DNA of 49,821 nt from Candidatus Hydrothermarchaeota archaeon (lineage in GTDB: Archaea > CAYFZR01). This document shows positions 48,448 through 49,821 of this stretch, one piece after another (position 1 is the stretch's first letter; each line of letters starts with the position of its first letter). The notes under the pieces were generated by a model that saw only the letters and a list, made by a program, of their open reading frames with translations, had not been told where the DNA came from and searched no databases. The stretch lies in contig JBHIEG010000014.1 of assembly GCA_046760505.1 (NCBI GenBank), positions 1 through 49,821 on the forward strand. The letters run 5' to 3'. Position numbers and translations under genes: made by a program.

Positions 48448-49277
48448 TAGATGTCTTATCCTATAAGGTTTGGGGAGAAGCAACGCTTCTAGATCTCCTG
48501 ATAGTTGCAGTACTGATGTTTTTCGCTTTAATAATTGCAAGCATGGTTAGATCAACTCTTAGAAGATCCTTAAAGCATGTTTACCCTCCCTCAACACTCT
48601 CTGTATTGGAGAAGATCACCTACTATGGAATCCTCTCAATCGCCTTTTTAGCAGCCCTAACTCAGCTTGGAGTGAATTTTACAGGCTTAGTAATTGCTGG
48701 TGGTTTTCTTGGAATAATAATTGGTTTTGCCAGCCAGACTGTAGTAAGCAACTTGATTTCCGGGATATTTTTATTCATCGATAAGCCGTTCAAGATAGGT
48801 GAAGCAGTTGACATTGGAGGGGTATCGGGAGTTGTTACCGATATTTCGATTTTCTCAACAAAAATTAGAACTTGGGATGGTATTTACGTTAGATTGGCTA
48901 ATGAGAAGGTTTTTTCGTCTGAGATACATAATTTTCACGCACATGTTGTTAGAAGATTTAGTTACATAGTAGGGATAAGATACGCTGATGATGCAGATAA
49001 AGCGATTGAAATCATAAAAAAAGTTATAGAAGAGCATCCTCTTGCTCTAGCAGAGCCTGAACCAGTTGTTTTTGTGGATGAATTGGCGGATAATAGCGTA
49101 AACATTCGAGTTAATATTTGGGCTCCTTCTAAACAATGGTACACGGTTAAAATGGAGTTACTCTGGAAAATCAAAAGAGCACTCGAAGAAGAGGGAATAC
49201 AGATTCCATTTCCGCAGAGAGTAATATGGTATGGGAAAGAGAACCCAAAGGGGGACTCGGATTCACCAGATGCTTAA
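48435..49277 (+). CDS. mscS: Small-conductance mechanosensitive channel
   Basis: GIIIGFASQTVVSNLISG, PFKIG, G.V.DI, IQIPFPQR. Confidence 0.95.
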   Translation: MGILIDVLSYKVWGEATLLDLLIVAVLMFFALIIASMVRSTLRRSLKHVYPPSTLSVLEKITYYGILSIAFLAALTQLGVNFTGLVIAGGFLGIIIGFASQTVVSNLISGIFLFIDKPFKIGEAVDIGGVSGVVTDISIFSTKIRTWDGIYVRLANEKVFSSEIHNFHAHVVRRFSYIVGIRYADDADKAIEIIKKVIEEHPLALAEPEPVVFVDELADNSVNIRVNIWAPSKQWYTVKMELLWKIKRALEEEGIQIPFPQRVIWYGKENPKGDSDSPDA

Positions 49278-49293
49278 GATCAAAAGACCCGTC

Positions 49294-49821
49294 TCAACCC
49301 AATTCTGGAACAAAGATCTCAGGCATCTTTCTCTTATGGTCTGACTTTCTTATCATTTCTTTAACATTATCAACGTCTTTTTCTTCGATTTTCTCTAATT
49401 TTTCTTCTTCTATAGCCTTTAAAATTCTGTCTAGATTCTCATAGGTTATACCTAACTCTTCTTCATCTGTCTGCCCTTCCCACAGTCCTGCTGAAGGTGG
49501 CTTCTCTATGATTTCTCCTGGAATTTCTAGTACTTTTGCCAGTTTTCTTACTTGAGTCTTGTATAACCCTCCTAAGGGCAATAGATCTACTCCTCCGTCT
49601 CCATATTTCGTGAAGTATCCTACCATAAGTTCGCTTTTGTTACCGGATCCGCAAACCAGATAATCGTACACACTGGCAAAATAATAAAGAGTAATCATTC
49701 TTAATCTTGGCTTGAGATTTGATTTTGCTATTAAATCATCTTCAGGCAAGATTTCTAAGAATTTATCGTATAAAGGAGTTAAATCTATCCTTTCTGTTCT
49801 TATATCAAATTTTTCCGCTAC
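49294..49821 (-). CDS. nadE: NH3-dependent NAD+ synthetase (5' end lies outside the window)
   Basis: NLKPRLRM, GNKSE..GYFTKYGDG, KPPSAGLWEGQTDEEELG, HKR; frame stays open to 49821. Confidence 0.96.
   Translation of the reverse strand, partial: VAEKFDIRTERIDLTPLYDKFLEILPEDDLIAKSNLKPRLRMITLYYFASVYDYLVCGSGNKSELMVGYFTKYGDGGVDLLPLGGLYKTQVRKLAKVLEIPGEIIEKPPSAGLWEGQTDEEELGITYENLDRILKAIEEEKLEKIEEKDVDNVKEMIRKSDHKRKMPEIFVPELG

Overview
AT-rich, densely coding archaeal chromosome segment. Archaeal hallmarks are a BHB-intron tRNA-Pro, class I HMG-CoA reductase, archaeal-type RibC/RibL, MA1821/MA1822-type homocysteine synthesis, TATA-box promoters and the DUF432-MscS pair; it looks euryarchaeal, but I cannot place the lineage. 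Most of it is housekeeping: hmgA-trxB, hisG, a cobalt-uptake plus anaerobic corrin operon (cbiMNQO-X-C-D-E-T-L-F-GH), ribL/ribH/ribC, ilvC-N-B-D, leuA/leuCDB, copA plus a YHS protein, corA, mscS and a partial nadE. I see no CRISPR array, transposase, integrase or rRNA. Two candidate undescribed systems stand out. (1) A haem-handling locus at about 6.1-10.5 kb: CcmF is split into two head-to-head genes, next to a WWD-less CcsA/CcmC-like membrane protein and two exported proteins that share a SHOCT/CcmI-like helical motif with the CcmF C-half. (2) An ArsR-HTH protein fused to a transcobalamin-like (DUF4430-type) domain, divergent from the riboswitch-less cbi operon, i.e. a candidate B12-sensing repressor. 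Also noted: two small genes missed by the ORF track, an apparent 5' frameshift in corA, a possible CTG start for cbiM and a structured intergenic sRNA candidate. All family assignments come from motif recognition by eye; no database searches were run.
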